Source: Macrostomum lignano (lineage: Eukaryota). From it: 64,000 nt of DNA. How positions within the stretch are numbered: the first letter of the stretch is position 1; every line of letters begins with the position of its first letter. Both the position numbers and the translations under genes were made by a program. The notes below the pieces were generated by a model. That model had not been told where the DNA came from and searched no databases. It saw nothing but the letters and a program-made list of their open reading frames with translations. The DNA lies in the NCBI GenBank assembly GCA_002269645.1, contig NIVC01001802.1, forward strand, positions 1 to 64,000. The letters run 5' to 3'. Below, piece after piece: positions 25,443 through 38,262 of the stretch.

Positions 25443-26149
25443 CAGGAAAAGAAACAAATGAATTCTCACAAATGCTCAGCAATAATGTCTAAATATCTCT
25501 TAATCTGAAGGCATCTAATCTAATCTGCATTGTTAATATATAAAATTTTTCTATGATTAACTGAGTAATCGTCATCTCTTTTTTGCCTGATTCAAAATAG
25601 CAAATTTAATTGGTCATTGTACTTTAAGAAGTCTTTTAAAAGTCTTTTTTTGATAAATAGAAATTGATTAAATAAAATTGAATAATGTCTATACTCGAGT
25701 TGCACTACTGCTGCGTCCTGTGCTAACAATTGAGTGAGGCTTTTTCAATTACCGATCTGAAAAGCGTCAAACTCGTCCAAATGCTTAGAAGACTCAGTCT
25801 GATAAAGTCTGCTTGAGCACAGAGAGACAATTAAGAGCCATGTCTGTTGCATCACATAGATTTTGTGAATCGCGTCTTTAAGTATAAAGATCTGTAGCCT
25901 TTTGAGTCTATTGGATTTAGAAAGTCCGATAATTGAATAAAGATAATTCTGAGTTATTTTGTCAACAAAGTTCTCATATCAAATTAGTTAGCCATATAGT
26001 AAATAGATTTTACAATATTTAGCCTTGTTTTTATCCTCTGACAATGAATTGTAGTTTGATATACGTCACTGTCAGTACATGCAGGTAGCAGTTAGGTTCG
26101 AAGCTGTTGTTGAATTGCGAAGCTAAGGGGAACCTCAAAGTCTCTGCTA

Positions 26150-26280
26150 GTACTTTAGGCACTTTAAGCACTGTAAGCACTGTAAGCACTGTAAGCACTG
26201 GAAGCACTGTAAGCACTGGAAGCACTGTAAGCACTGGAAGCACTGTAAGCACTGTAAACACTGTAAGCACTGTAAACAGC
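26150..26280. repeat. 9-bp tandem repeat (agcactgta/agcactgga)
   Basis: Visible tandem units. Confidence 0.9.
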
Positions 26281-26684
26281 ACTCCTTCACCTTTTATCAA
26301 CTATAGCTCGACCCGGCCTCCAGGGTTTAGTCTCGAGACTTCCGAAGCTCACTTGATAGTATAAAAATAACCCCTGAACTTGATCGCGCTGAAATTCTGC
26401 ATTAGCATCCTGTATCTGAATAGGCAATTAGAAGCTCTTGCAGATTAAAAATAGATATGTTTTTAAAGCGTCTCTTCCTAATTATAGAGCATTTATTTAT
26501 TCAAAACTTTCTATAGTGTTCCCGTTTGTCTCGCATTTCTAAATTGCAGACTATTATAAATAAAAGAATGCTAACAGCAAAGATGAAGTGCAATTCAACC
26601 TATTTTAAAACGCGTTTGTAAAATTCTACACATCTTTAAACACAAAGCAGATTGTAGAGTCTTCAATTCTCACAAACAAAGATA

Positions 26685-29600
26685 ATGGAGCAACTAAATT
26701 TGCTTTTCAAAACTTTGCTGGCTCTGCTGCTCTGCTCGCTGGCAGCCGGCCAGGTCTCCCAGTGCGCTCCCGCTGACTCTCCGCGGCTCCGCTTCGTGGC
26801 GCAGCTCAGCGTGAACGGCTGCGCGCTGTTCGTGCACGACACGGGAGCGAGCGACGGTCCGCACTTGGCAGTCGAGCCGCTCATGTGCGTGACGGACAGC
26901 CTGAGAGGCATTGTTCCCCGATTCGACTTCATCACCCAGCAGATGTACTTCAGCGTTCCTGTATTGATGCGGGACGCTGGGATGCTCGCAGAGGCTCAGC
27001 GTCAACTGCGGCATCTTTCACCGAGGTCTGTGAGCTTCGCCACGGTGACCAACATCAGCGTCTCAGCCGACACCCGCTCATCGGTTCGGGCTTTGGGCGT
27101 CCTGTGGACTCCGGATGAGCCAGTCGCCACTCTCAGATTGAAAAACATCAGCTCGGAGGACAATTCAAGTCGAGTTCCAAAGACATGGTTAATTAAAAAC
27201 ATTCTTCCAATGCAATGCGTGTACAGTCAGAAGAACAGTGATGGCCTTAGAAATTCACCCCGAGAAGCTCTTGAAAAAGTGAAGCTAACAGCTTCAATCA
27301 TTGCAAACGGCTCCTGCCACGATGTTCAGAGTCGCCTCCGGCTGCAGAATGACATCCTCCTCGACTCAGAGATAAACGCACAAAGATTCTCACCCCTGAT
27401 GACATGCCGACAGCTGAAATTCAGCCGCACCGTCAATCTCGAGAACTGCTCTGCCCGAGTGCACCAGAGACTCGACATGAAGGGCCACTTCCTCATCGAG
27501 CCTCTGCTGTGCCACAACATCTCCAGCTTGAGCAGCGAGTCAGTCAGGTATGACTACAGCCGAGACATGCACTACCTGAAGCTGGATCTGGTACTGCAAG
27601 ATGAGGCCACACGCGATGATGTGAGGACTCAGTTGGCCGACTTGTCGCCTCTCTCGGTCGATTTCATGCGGCTGTGGACTGCTGAGAGATCGGTGAGCTC
27701 TTCGTTGAGTGCTCGGTTCGAGGTCGGTCCGCTGATGGTGTCGGCAGACTGGAAATCAGCTCAGCTGCGGCTGCTCTGCACTACATCATTGCAGTGCCGA
27801 GAACTCAGGTTTGATGATATTATGACATTGAAATGAAGAAATTTGAAATTTGAAATTTCGGTTTCGGTTTTTGCGAATGCGTTATTAGTATATAATTTCT
27901 GAGCGCTCTTTAGCAGCAGTTTACTATTCTGCCTGCTCGCATGACATAAAAATACTGTCGTCATTTTGCACAAAATGTGTGATTATTTTATTCGATGACG
28001 CAGTGAACGCTCCTAAAGTTTGCAAGTTTATCAAGCATCCAAAATTCAAATTGGTCCTTTCAGCTTCTGAATTAGTTATGCTATCGAAAAACATCAAGTG
28101 AGTCCTTCAGTTTAGGGAGTCGTATTCTTCTGTAATACGTTTTTTATGAGCTAGGAGTGTAGTCACCCAACAGTTTCCATCACAAGATCAATAGCAAGAA
28201 GTTGGAAGCATATGCAATAAGTCCTGTACAACCAAAACAGTATTGGAGGTGCTGCTGCTAACGCTGCAGGCAACTATCCAACACCACTGAGACAGGTGGG
28301 AATTCACTGTTTCATCAACTTCTAGCAGCTGGCTGATTCTGTCCCACAGTTTCTTATGCTTTGGATTATATTCACACAAAGGATCGCCCTCTTACGCAAG
28401 GCATTTATGACATTGCAAGACTTTTGCCATTTTAGCTCTTTGATTTTCCATAATGCTCATATGTCTTTTGACCATTTCTTACGTCGATTCAAAGTTTTAT
28501 TAGCAAAATATTGTTCAACTTCAGGTCTGTGCTTCTTTTGGAACCTGTTGATATCTGGCGACACGTGCAGTGGCGCGTGACATCGCTGGTTGCTGAGCAG
28601 TGCCTCTTCGAGTCCAGCCGAATCACTTCATCATGGAGAATGAAACCACTTGGGAGTGCAGCCAGCTGCTCCAGCCTCAGTTCCCGGGCCGAGCTGTGCA
28701 CAGCCGACTTTGCTAAGCGAGTTAAGCGAGACGGTCGTTGTTTCACAATAATTCAGCAGCGACTCACCGATAAAGTGAGTTTTCAGCGAAACTGGACTGA
28801 GTACGAGACTGGCTTCGGTGACGATATTGACTTCTGGATCGGTGAGTGGTGTCGGGCCAGTTGTTTAGCGTGAGTCGAAAAACTTTAAGCAAAGCCTTGC
28901 GAAAAATTTTAGAAGTTCTTATTATGTCAGTAGGTCGCGTGTTAGACGAGACCGATGGTCAGTTATAGGAGACCGAAGAGATTTCTGAATTTGTGACCGT
29001 CCGCAGTATTCAATTTTCATTTGGTCCTTTGGTGGACGAATTGATAGATAGATGAGTAAGTGAATGAATGGATGAATGAGTTGATCAGTAGCGCAAACAG
29101 AAATTTTTTGAGGGTGGGATTCTGGAGGGTAAAGTCCCCGGGGGGGGGGCGGAGGGGTGGCTCTGTTTTTTGCGAAAATTCGCTTGGTCCCCCCTTCGAT
29201 TTTTTTGGGTCTCCGCCTAAAGGGCCCCCCTGGTTGCGCCCCTGGAGTTGATGAATTGATTGGTGGATAGGTGGGTCCAGGGTCCAGGGTGGACGCATGG
29301 TATAGATATGTGAGTATACTGTTGAAAGAGTCACGAGAGAGAACTAGGGGAGGGTGCTCAACGGATCAAGTAGCTAGTCAATCTCTTCACTGCTAAGTGA
29401 ATCGCTTAGAAAGTGGGGAACTCCCAGCACACAGCTACATGTATTGTCTTGTATTTCGAGTATGTCGGATGCTTAGGGGGGCCGTAGCCCAGCGGTAGCG
29501 CAGCTGCTCTGGTGTGCCAGCGACCCAGGCTCGATTCCAAGTGCAGTCACATTAATTTGGGGCTGAATTGGAATCTCGGCTTGGCTCTGCTCGTGCAATT

Positions 29601-30336
29601 AACGGCCTTGAGAGCCAACCCCCCAAGGCGCAGTGAAGTGTACATGCCTAACGATAATATAAAGTTAGGGCCGCTGTACACTCCTGTGTGAGTGTGTGCC
29701 TGCGTACGTATCCGCGCGCTTGTGTGCCTGCTCAGGGGAGTCGGCGGAATGGGCAGTAATGCCTCTCGCCGGTTGTGTGCCTATGTCGCCTAAAGTGCGC
29801 CAGGGTGCACACAACCCCCCTGCCTCTAATAAAAAAAAATGTCGGATGCTTTTCGGGCCGCCACATCACCAACTAATACAACTGCAGGCCTGCAGAAGAT
29901 CCACAGTCTGAGTGGCGCAACGCCGCGCCTGTTTCGAATGGAAGCTCGCAACCATCAGAACGGCAAGCTGTACGTGTGCGAGTACTCTCACTTCTCGGTT
30001 GGCAGCGCCAGCACGCGGTACAGGCTGAGTGTCAGCGGTTACCTGCCCGGCAGCTCCAACACCTCTAAGGACGCATTCTCCTACAACAACAATCTGACCT
30101 TCTCAACAATGGACTCGGGGTCGAATTCTCGCTGCTCAAGACAGAATAGTAACGCTGGATGGTGGTACGACAGCTGCACCTACGTCAATCCAAACGGCTA
30201 CTTTAACTTGTCGGAGATCGGCAGCAGATGGAACAGTTCGAGAAATATGCAGTGGCTTTACGCAGCTGACTATGTGGGGGGATTCACGATCAGACCAATG
30301 CTGAGAAGTATTCGTCTAATGTTGGAAATTAGCTGA
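26685..30336 (+). CDS. FReD gene C (about 612-629 aa; exons 26685-27808 with a possible in-frame intron from 27188, 28525-28841, 29888-30336)
   Basis: SP MEQLNLLFKTLLALLLCSLAAG; same two N-terminal domains; FTIIQQRLTDKVSFQRNWTEYETGFGDDIDFWIG|LQKIHSL...FSTMD...AGWWYDSCTYVNPNG. Confidence 0.85.
29086..29244. mobile_element. hAT-like MITE in gene C last intron
   Basis: Perfect 8-bp TSD GAGTTGAT; TIRs CAGTAGCGCAAACAG versus CAGGGGCGCAACCAG. Confidence 0.85.
29476..29838 (+). mobile_element. tRNA-headed SINE, family 1
   Basis: Head ggggggccgtagcccagcggtagcgc...ggctcgattcc, AATAAA plus poly(A), 13-bp TSD ATGTCGGATGCTT. Confidence 0.9.
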
Positions 30337-31213
30337 GTGAAGCTAGCTGCATGTTCTGAATGAAATTTTCAATCGACTCCGAATCTGAACTGATAGCCAT
30401 GTGCTGACAAGAGATTTTCTGGTTCAACTTAGAAATCCTATAGTGTGTATTGCTTAATTTGTAGTGATTTCGGGGCCTCATCTGTGGTTCGTTAGAAGGT
30501 CACACGGGAGGCCTGATGAGTCGATTTTCCATTTTAGCTAATCAACACACATTGACTATGAAATAATTAATATATCTGTGATATAATCTACTCAATAATT
30601 ACTCAAAATCTATAAAATCAAGATGCGAAAATTTTGAATGTTTATAATCTCGCTTTTTAAAAACAACTTTTATTCGAACGCTAAATTATACTAATTATCC
30701 ATATTTTACCTATCGTTTTATTTTTATTCCAACAAAATTTATTCAGAAATTTCCCCAGAATTAACGGCACTTTCTGTTTGATGTTTTTATTCAAGATTTT
30801 CTTTAATACCGAAGTCAACTAGCAACTAGCAACTAGCAATCTCAGAATTTATGATTATAATATTAGCCTGCTGCTAGCTACTCTACTTATACACAGATTT
30901 ATTACGCAGTAAACTAATGAAGTATATTTATAATCCCAAAAAATATAAACAATGTTTGTTAAAACTGAGAATATTATAATTTGAATTTGAATCATTACTC
31001 GATTCGTTTTTGACGTACAAACTGCATGCTTTAATTTGGTCTTGTGTTGTGTATTTGCTGAATGGTACAGTATGGCTATAGTTGATGAATATGAGATGCA
31101 TTTTATGCAAATCAATAAACAACTCTAAATTTAATATTTATTGATACTGTTTCACTTCAAAGTATTTTTAATCAAATCATAAGATCACAATATATCTTTT
31201 GCATGAATCCCAA

Positions 31214-33488
31214 CCCCGTCTTCACGGATGGCATGCTGGGCGTACCATATTATATACTAGAAAGAAATATTTCTTGCTTAACGTGTCTATGGCACAATCT
31301 TTTTTTCTGACTTCTCAGTTTTCTACATCCCCACAACTCACGGATGGCACGCCCTGCGTGCCATCATAGATCGAAAGACTTTTTTGTTCTTGTTATTCCA
31401 TGTTTAGTGTCCGAGGAAATTTTCTATTTTAAGAATTCGAAATTCTAAGTAAACAGTCTAGCAAAATACTATAACAATAGAAGCACTGGGATTCGGATAA
31501 CTGGGATTTTGAGACACATGGGACTTCGACGGACTCGGAATTATACGAACTGGGACTTGTACGAACTATTCAAACAAGCTAAGGAGGTAAAGAAGCTTAG
31601 CTAATTTAACTAGCACTTCAACATAAAACAAGCGAGAAGTAGCTTACTCTCTGACTTGTAGCAATAGAAAATTGACAAGATAATTCGGCAGAACGGGATC
31701 GATTTGGATGTCAGGAATTCAGATGGTTACAGAGTAACAGTAAGTCGACTGTACAATCAGTTCCCCGCGGCAGTGTGCCAGCTCTGAAAGCAAGGAGCTG
31801 CGCAAAGTCCAGGCTCTCCAGGGCAAGCATCGCACACGTAGACAGTTCGCTTGACCGAGCCGTTTCCATAGCAGAATCTGCACCGCTTAGTCGGTCTCAT
31901 ATTGGCCTCTGTCGGTGGTAGTTTGGATGGGGTTTGCAGCGAGGCAGCTCGACGCTTCGATGTGTTCTGTCGCTTGCCCCGACCCGTCTGCTCCATCAGA
32001 AGGCGGATCGTAGCCTCCAAGAAGTCTAAGAACTTGATGCAGTTGCCAGAATGGCAGTAACAAATCCAAGCATTGCGGACCAACTGAAGCAAAATATGAA
32101 ACCCGAGCTTCTGGTGCCACCTGTGCGTCCTTCTTCCTGCACTGTAGGGTTGTAGCGCTGCGTCAAGGCGATCGGCGCCTCCCATACTCTTGTTGTACTG
32201 CAGCAATGAGTTGGGCTTCAAAACTGTCTCCACTACGCCGCCTCGAATTACTCGCCTCACCTCCGTGCTTCCAGCGACGCCGTGGGTGTCCAAAAGGTAA
32301 ACAGTTTTGCGACCACTGCCTTTCTGTCAACGAGCTTGACGGCAACAACATCGCCTCGGCGCATGTGAGAGTGACTTATGGGTTGCAGTGCCAGCACCTT
32401 TAGCTCGTTGGGGATGCCTCGGTCGACTCTCACGGTTCCTGTCAGCATGGTATTACGTTCGAGCAGAAACTGAGCTAGGCGAAGCGACGTGAACCAGCTG
32501 TCACAGTAGATCCGGTAGCCCAAGCCCAGCAAGTCCTTGCTTAGCTCGACAACAATCTTTTCACTGAAAGATAAATTCCCGCAGTTCACTCCTTCTCCAA
32601 ACCTGTCGTTGTCCTGCTTCACAGCATGCACACGGAAGTTCCACAGAAATCCGGTGGAAGCCTCTGTGAGACAGTAGACCTTTATGCCGAACCTGGCGCG
32701 CTTGTTGGGCATGAACTGTCGGAAAATGAGTCTGCCTTAGTACATGACCAACTCTTCATCTACTGAAACGTCCTGATTCGGGCAGTAGTTGGCTTGGCAA
32801 ATACCACGCGCAATGTCTAAAAATGGCCTGATTTTCTTCAGGGAATCCTGGTGATTATTTACTGCGGTGCAGTCGTAGAATCGGAGGAATGACAAGAGCT
32901 GAATGAACCGATCCCTTCCGAGGCAATGCTCTTTTTGAAAATATTCACCACCGTAGAAATCGCCAGTCGACCAATACATGTGCAATTCGGGCTTCTTCAC
33001 TAGACCCATGTACAGGACAATGGCGAGACATTTCCTCACTTCGTTGTCGGTGCATTGTCTCCAAGATGATAGTAAGGGGGAAGAGGTCCATCAGCCTCAG
33101 TTGCAATGTTTTGGAGCTCGAAATCAGCTCGAGCATTGGTCCAAAATCGAATGGCAGACACCAGATCAGAGGTAATAAAGTGCTGGAGGAAGAATTTGAT
33201 CCGAGCCATTGTGTTTTCCGGCGCTTGGGCTAATAGATCCGGGTTCAGAACGGGCACTCCGAGGAATTCTGGCGCATCCCGGAGACGCGAGTCTTCACCC
33301 TCCTGAACGAAATTCCATCCATTTTCAATCAAAGCTTCTTCTACCTGAGAGCCTTCCACGTCACTCTGGCCATCTTCTTCATCCACCTCGCCATCAATGC
33401 TTGCGTACTCGCTGGCGCTGTTATCACTGGTCAAAGCCGGTGAGTCGTCAAGAAAGTCAACGGCATCCTCATGAAAATTGCTAGCCAT
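31214..33488 (-). mobile_element. Decayed piggyBac transposon (PGBD4-like DDD transposase; ORF pieces 33488-33036, 33039-32257 with an in-frame stop, 32293-31757)
   Basis: VSVDEELV, MPNKRARFGIKVYCL, IYCDSWFTS, YNKSMGGADRLD and a C-terminal CRFC...CDACP...CAAPCFQSWH. Two frameshifts plus TAA at 32739-32737. Candidate 3' terminus CCCCGTCTTCACGGATGGCA at 31214; 5' TIR not found. Confidence 0.9.
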
Positions 33489-34367
33489 TTATACTTGTCT
33501 CGAAGGATTTGATTAGAACCAGTATTGAAAGCAGTAATAAGGTAGCCTAGGGGCACAAAAATATATGTTATAAAATCGTAAAGTTTTACTCCAGAGAGTC
33601 AGTCATTCTATTTTGAAAAAATACTGTAAAAGAAAAACAAGAGGGGTCGATATTGGCCATAGACAGTCTCCAGGATAGGGCTGCGTAAAATCAATCGATT
33701 GATGGAAAAAGAAGCTGCCAAGTTAGTCTGTGCTAATAGTTTATGTAATTAGCCGTTTGCTGACACAGTGCTCATTGTTTAGCAATTTGACGATCATTAT
33801 TCACATTTTTAATGCAGAACAATCCACTACTACAAACAATGCATTGTCTGTAGGATCGTCAAACAGAAAAACAATGCAAAGAATCAGCGGTCGCAGCACG
33901 TGACAACGATTTGTCTATGATATTAAGGGGGGAAAAGATGAATATCTTTATCCAGTTCCCTAAAATAGCCAGGCTTTAAGTTGAAAGTGTCTTTGGTTGT
34001 TTCTGCAATTACACATCTACTGTCTATGGCTTCAAGTTGAAAGTGACTGTTGGCTAAATTTAGAATGGCTATTTTAGGAAACTGGATAAAGATTTCCATT
34101 CCAAAGTTGGCAGAAAAAATCTTACAGGTGTCAGGATTCACCTGCTGCGAGCCTGTAAAGATTCACTGTATTGCCTTGGCACAGTTTCACTACAAAGTTT
34201 GTCCATTTTTTGGATCACCCGTTATAATAGTCCAGATGCCAAAGAGGGATACTTGGATACTAGCTACTTTAATTTGAATTCAGCATTTTTTATTAGATAA
34301 TGGTAATCGCTAAAATGAAAGTTCACTATCGCTTTATCGTCGTTTAATTATAAGCTGCGTCTTCCGA

Positions 34368-37300
34368 TCAATGCTGTGGGAAGATCTCACGGATTAGGGG
34401 CAGCACCTGGGGCCGCTCCTTGGTTACCTGAAGGCACGCGTCAATACCCTGTCTCTGACGCTCAGTCAGCGGGTCACTGTGGTACACCGTCACCCACGGG
34501 CTGCCTGCAGTAAGGAAATTGTTCATTGAGTTTGGTCATAAAGGGAAGTGCAAGACGTGCAGAATTACCATCTTGATTGTTAAAGTAAATTTATTTATTT
34601 ACGATTTTCGATTTACGATTTAGAAATTTAACGATTCTAAAGGTACATTTATTGTTGTGAAAGTACATTCTAGAATGTAAAAGTACATTATCGATTGTGA
34701 AAGTACATTATCGATTGTGAAAGTACATTCTCGATTGTGAAAAAAGTACAGTCTCGATTGTGAAAGTATATTCTCGATTGCGAAAGTACATTCTCGATTG
34801 TGAAAGTACATTCTCGATTGTGAAAGTACATTCTCGATTGTGAAAGTACATTCTCGATTGTGAAAAAAGTACAGTCTCGATTGTGAAAGTATATTCTCGA
34901 TTGCGAAAGTACATTCTCGATTGTGAAAGTACATTCTCGATTGTGAAAGTACATTCTCGATTTCAAAATTTACTCGCACTTCCCGAAGTATTTTTTTTAA
35001 AAATTAGAAAAATTCTTCGTAAATTGATTCAGCGGCTTTAATGAAATTGATTTTTACCTACACTGACTCGGTCTAAAATTTGGAAGCTTCCTACTACAGT
35101 TTAGCTCAGACAAAAACGTACCCTGTTTAACAGCGTCACCCTTGACAACCAGCAGCTCGAGTCCGGTTGAATGATCCAGCTTGCCACCGAGACGCTCCGG
35201 CCTGCTGAGCTGATGGCAGATCTTGGCCAGAGACAGGGCGTCAATGTCCGACACGAAACCTGCAATCAAAGGGCATTCGTAGCATGTAGCATTTATCCTA
35301 GCATGTGGTTATGAGGCAGAGTGCCTCAGCGGTAAACGCGTCTTACTCCTGAATCACGACGACTCACAGTCATGGCCTCCCATGCCGCTGTTCACCCTGT
35401 GTGAGCGTGTGCCGTCATAAGGCATGAATGCTTTTGCCTCTTCGAGTTCTGAATGTTGTTTCATTTGTGGTATCAAGTTATTTTGCCTTTAAAGTCCACC
35501 TTGTGAACACCAATAACTCTTGTAGTAGGCTTCATTCGAAAGCAATCCTACGAACTATATGTAGGGCCTCCTGGGGTGAACTTAGTAAACAATGTCTTTG
35601 GTGATTAAAATTCATTTGAAGGAGCCTTGAGCGTGCATGAGCATGAAGTGACTCGTTTTAGCATCAAGAGTGTAGCCAGGATCTATCACTGGGGAGGGGA
35701 AAGGCGCCATTATAAATTTGAGGTGGCGCTACACCTTTTGGCGACATCGTCCCGCAACGATTTTTTTTTATTAGAGGCAGGGGGGTTGTGTGCACCCTGG
35801 CGCACTTTAGGCGACATTGTCACACAACCGGCGAGAGGCATTACTGCCCATTCCGCCGACTCCCCTGAGCAGGCATGCAAGCGCGCGGATACGTTACGCA
35901 GACACACACTCACACAGGAGTGTACAGCGGCCCTAACTTTATCAATTGTTAGGCATGTACACTTCACTGCGCCTTGGGGGGTGGCTCTCAAGGCCGTTAA
36001 TTGCACAAGCGAGCCAAGCCGAAATCCCAATTCAGCCCCAAATTAATGTGGCTGCACTTGGAATCGAGCCTGGGTCGCGGCACACCAGAGCAGCTGCGCT
36101 ACCGCTGGGCTACGGCCCCCCTCCCGCAACGATTAGGTCATGACAATTCTGTCCATTCCGCCACCCCATGAGCACATAATGTACAAAGGCACGCGTTCAT
36201 ACACACGCTCACTAAGGGTGTACATCGGCTCTGACTTTCTAATCATCAGGCATGTTTTGTAGACTCTCTGCGCCTTGGGGCCGGCCTTCGTGACTGTGAA
36301 ACCGCACAACAACCTCCAGGCCAATGATGGTCCAAAAGTCCTTAAGTTGTACTTTTACTATATATTTTACGGTTATCCTGATCACCAACCTGTTGATGAA
36401 CTACTCAAGGCGCAGCTGGATCACTCTTGACAAATTGCTAAACTTAGTGACTTAGCGGATTTGAGCTCCCCTGAGTACAATGCACTCACCGGAAGCGGGA
36501 CTGCTCAGCTGAGTAACAGACAGCGGCTCCCGGCCCATCCGGCTCAGGTACTCCTGCACGCTGAACTGGCCCGGCTCGCACAGATTGTCGGCCAGCGCCT
36601 CGGAGACGCCCTGGTTCACCAGGATGCGCCGCATCGCCTTCAGCGCCGAGCCGTCGCTCCAAGAGTTGCGCACCGCCGCAGCGCCGGCCTCGTCCGTTGC
36701 GACTTTGCCGGTCAGGCGCAGCAGGCAGCCGCTTTGGCGCGCCACCAGCTCGCGCAGGCCGGCCGAGGCCGCGTCGCCTCCATTCAGCACCTGCAGAGCT
36801 TCGGCCACCTCGACGGCGTTGCCGATGCAGCGGGCGAGCGGCCGCTCCATCTCGGTGATGAACACTATCACTTTCATGCCGTAGCCGCGTCCGGTTCGCT
36901 CCTTGGGCGGTTGGATGAGAGAGTTATTTCAGTGTAAAACAGTTCATGCTCACAAGTGAACTGCCAAAGGGTAGGAAGTCTGTCCACTGACAATTTTTTT
37001 GCGCCGTCACGGATGTCGAACGATCGTATTGTTAAAAAGATTTGAGGTTAACTTTTTGGCAAGCATATTAGTTGCCATCAGTCGTTCAGGCTGCAAATGG
37101 ACGAGAACTTCAACAGACTCAAAATCGTTGCTCAAAGGCACACCTTTTGGGAGGAATCGTTGACGACCTTGTGCAGCCTTACTAATGAGAGACAAAATCC
37201 GCAGTGCAATTATTGTACGTGTTCCACCCAAACTACATGTAACGATTGACGCAAATATGATCTCACAATGGACTCGGCCAGGATCTGAGCCTCCTCAAAA

Positions 37301-38262
37301 GTGGTCATGAAGGCGGCGCGGCCGAACTTCACGTCCATCACCAGGGCGGAGATGCCCTCGGCGGCCTTCTTGCTCAGGATTGAGCTGGTGATGAGCGGCA
37401 CGGACCGGATGGTGGCGGTCTCCGACCTGGCCGCGTACAGCACGCGGTCGGCGGGCACCATCGCCTCGGTCTGGCCGGCGATGAAGCCACCAACGTCCGA
37501 CATGACGGCGCCGCGCATCTGCTCGGCTGTCAGGCTGGCGTTGAAGCCGGGAATCGACTCCATCTTGTCGATGGTGCCACCAGTATGGCCGAGCGACCGG
37601 CCGGAGATCATCGGCAGCTTGAGGCCGAGGGCGGTCAGTGATGCCACCATCGGTGGGCTGACCATGTCGCCGACGCCTCCGGTGCTGTGCTTGTCCACCA
37701 CCTGCCGGGGGCATTCAAATTGGCAGGTAGCGTGTTAGCGGAGTAAAAATAATGTAACTCTATAGTCATAATTCATGTCCATTCAAAATCACCGGAACGG
37801 AACCCCTAAGTTTAAAAGAAATATTTTAATTTTATATCAATTTTACAATCGTCCTATCGTTTTGTTTTACAAGCGTATTTCGCATTTGGTGAACAAGAAT
37901 GAATATGAGGAGTACATGTAGCTACCATAAATAACAGAAAGCGCAATTGAGCTTTTGGACTGCAGTGATTTTCATACACTCGAGTAGTTCAGGGTCAGAA
38001 CATCAGACAGAAAACGCACCAATGGTCTCAGGCTGTCAGGCCAGGACAGAGTCTCCCCCGAAGCAGTCATGGCCGAGGTGAGTTGAACAATCTCCTCCGC
38101 GTCCATGCCTTTGGTGAAGATGAGCATGAGCACTGCTCCGATTTGCTGTCCGGAGAGCCGGCCTGAGCTCACCAGCCGCACAAGCAGCTTCACGTCCTCT
38201 TCACTCCATCGCTCTCCGCTCAGCTTCTTCTCAAGCAGTTCGCTGAAATCCAACAATAGCAT
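34368..38262 (-). CDS. TYMP: Thymidine phosphorylase (about 454 aa; exons 38262-38020, 37701-37267, 36901-36490, 35259-35122, 34504-34368)
   Basis: [72 protein letters not shown]. Phases 0,0,1,1 are consistent. Confidence 0.9.
34672..34962. repeat. 20-22-bp intronic minisatellite (cgattgtgaaagtacattct)
   Basis: Tandem units within TYMP intron 4. Confidence 0.9.
35763..36121 (-). mobile_element. tRNA-headed SINE, family 1 (second copy)
   Basis: Reverse complement of 29476-29838; 13-bp TSD TCCCGCAACGATT at 35750-35762 and 36122-36134. Confidence 0.9.
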
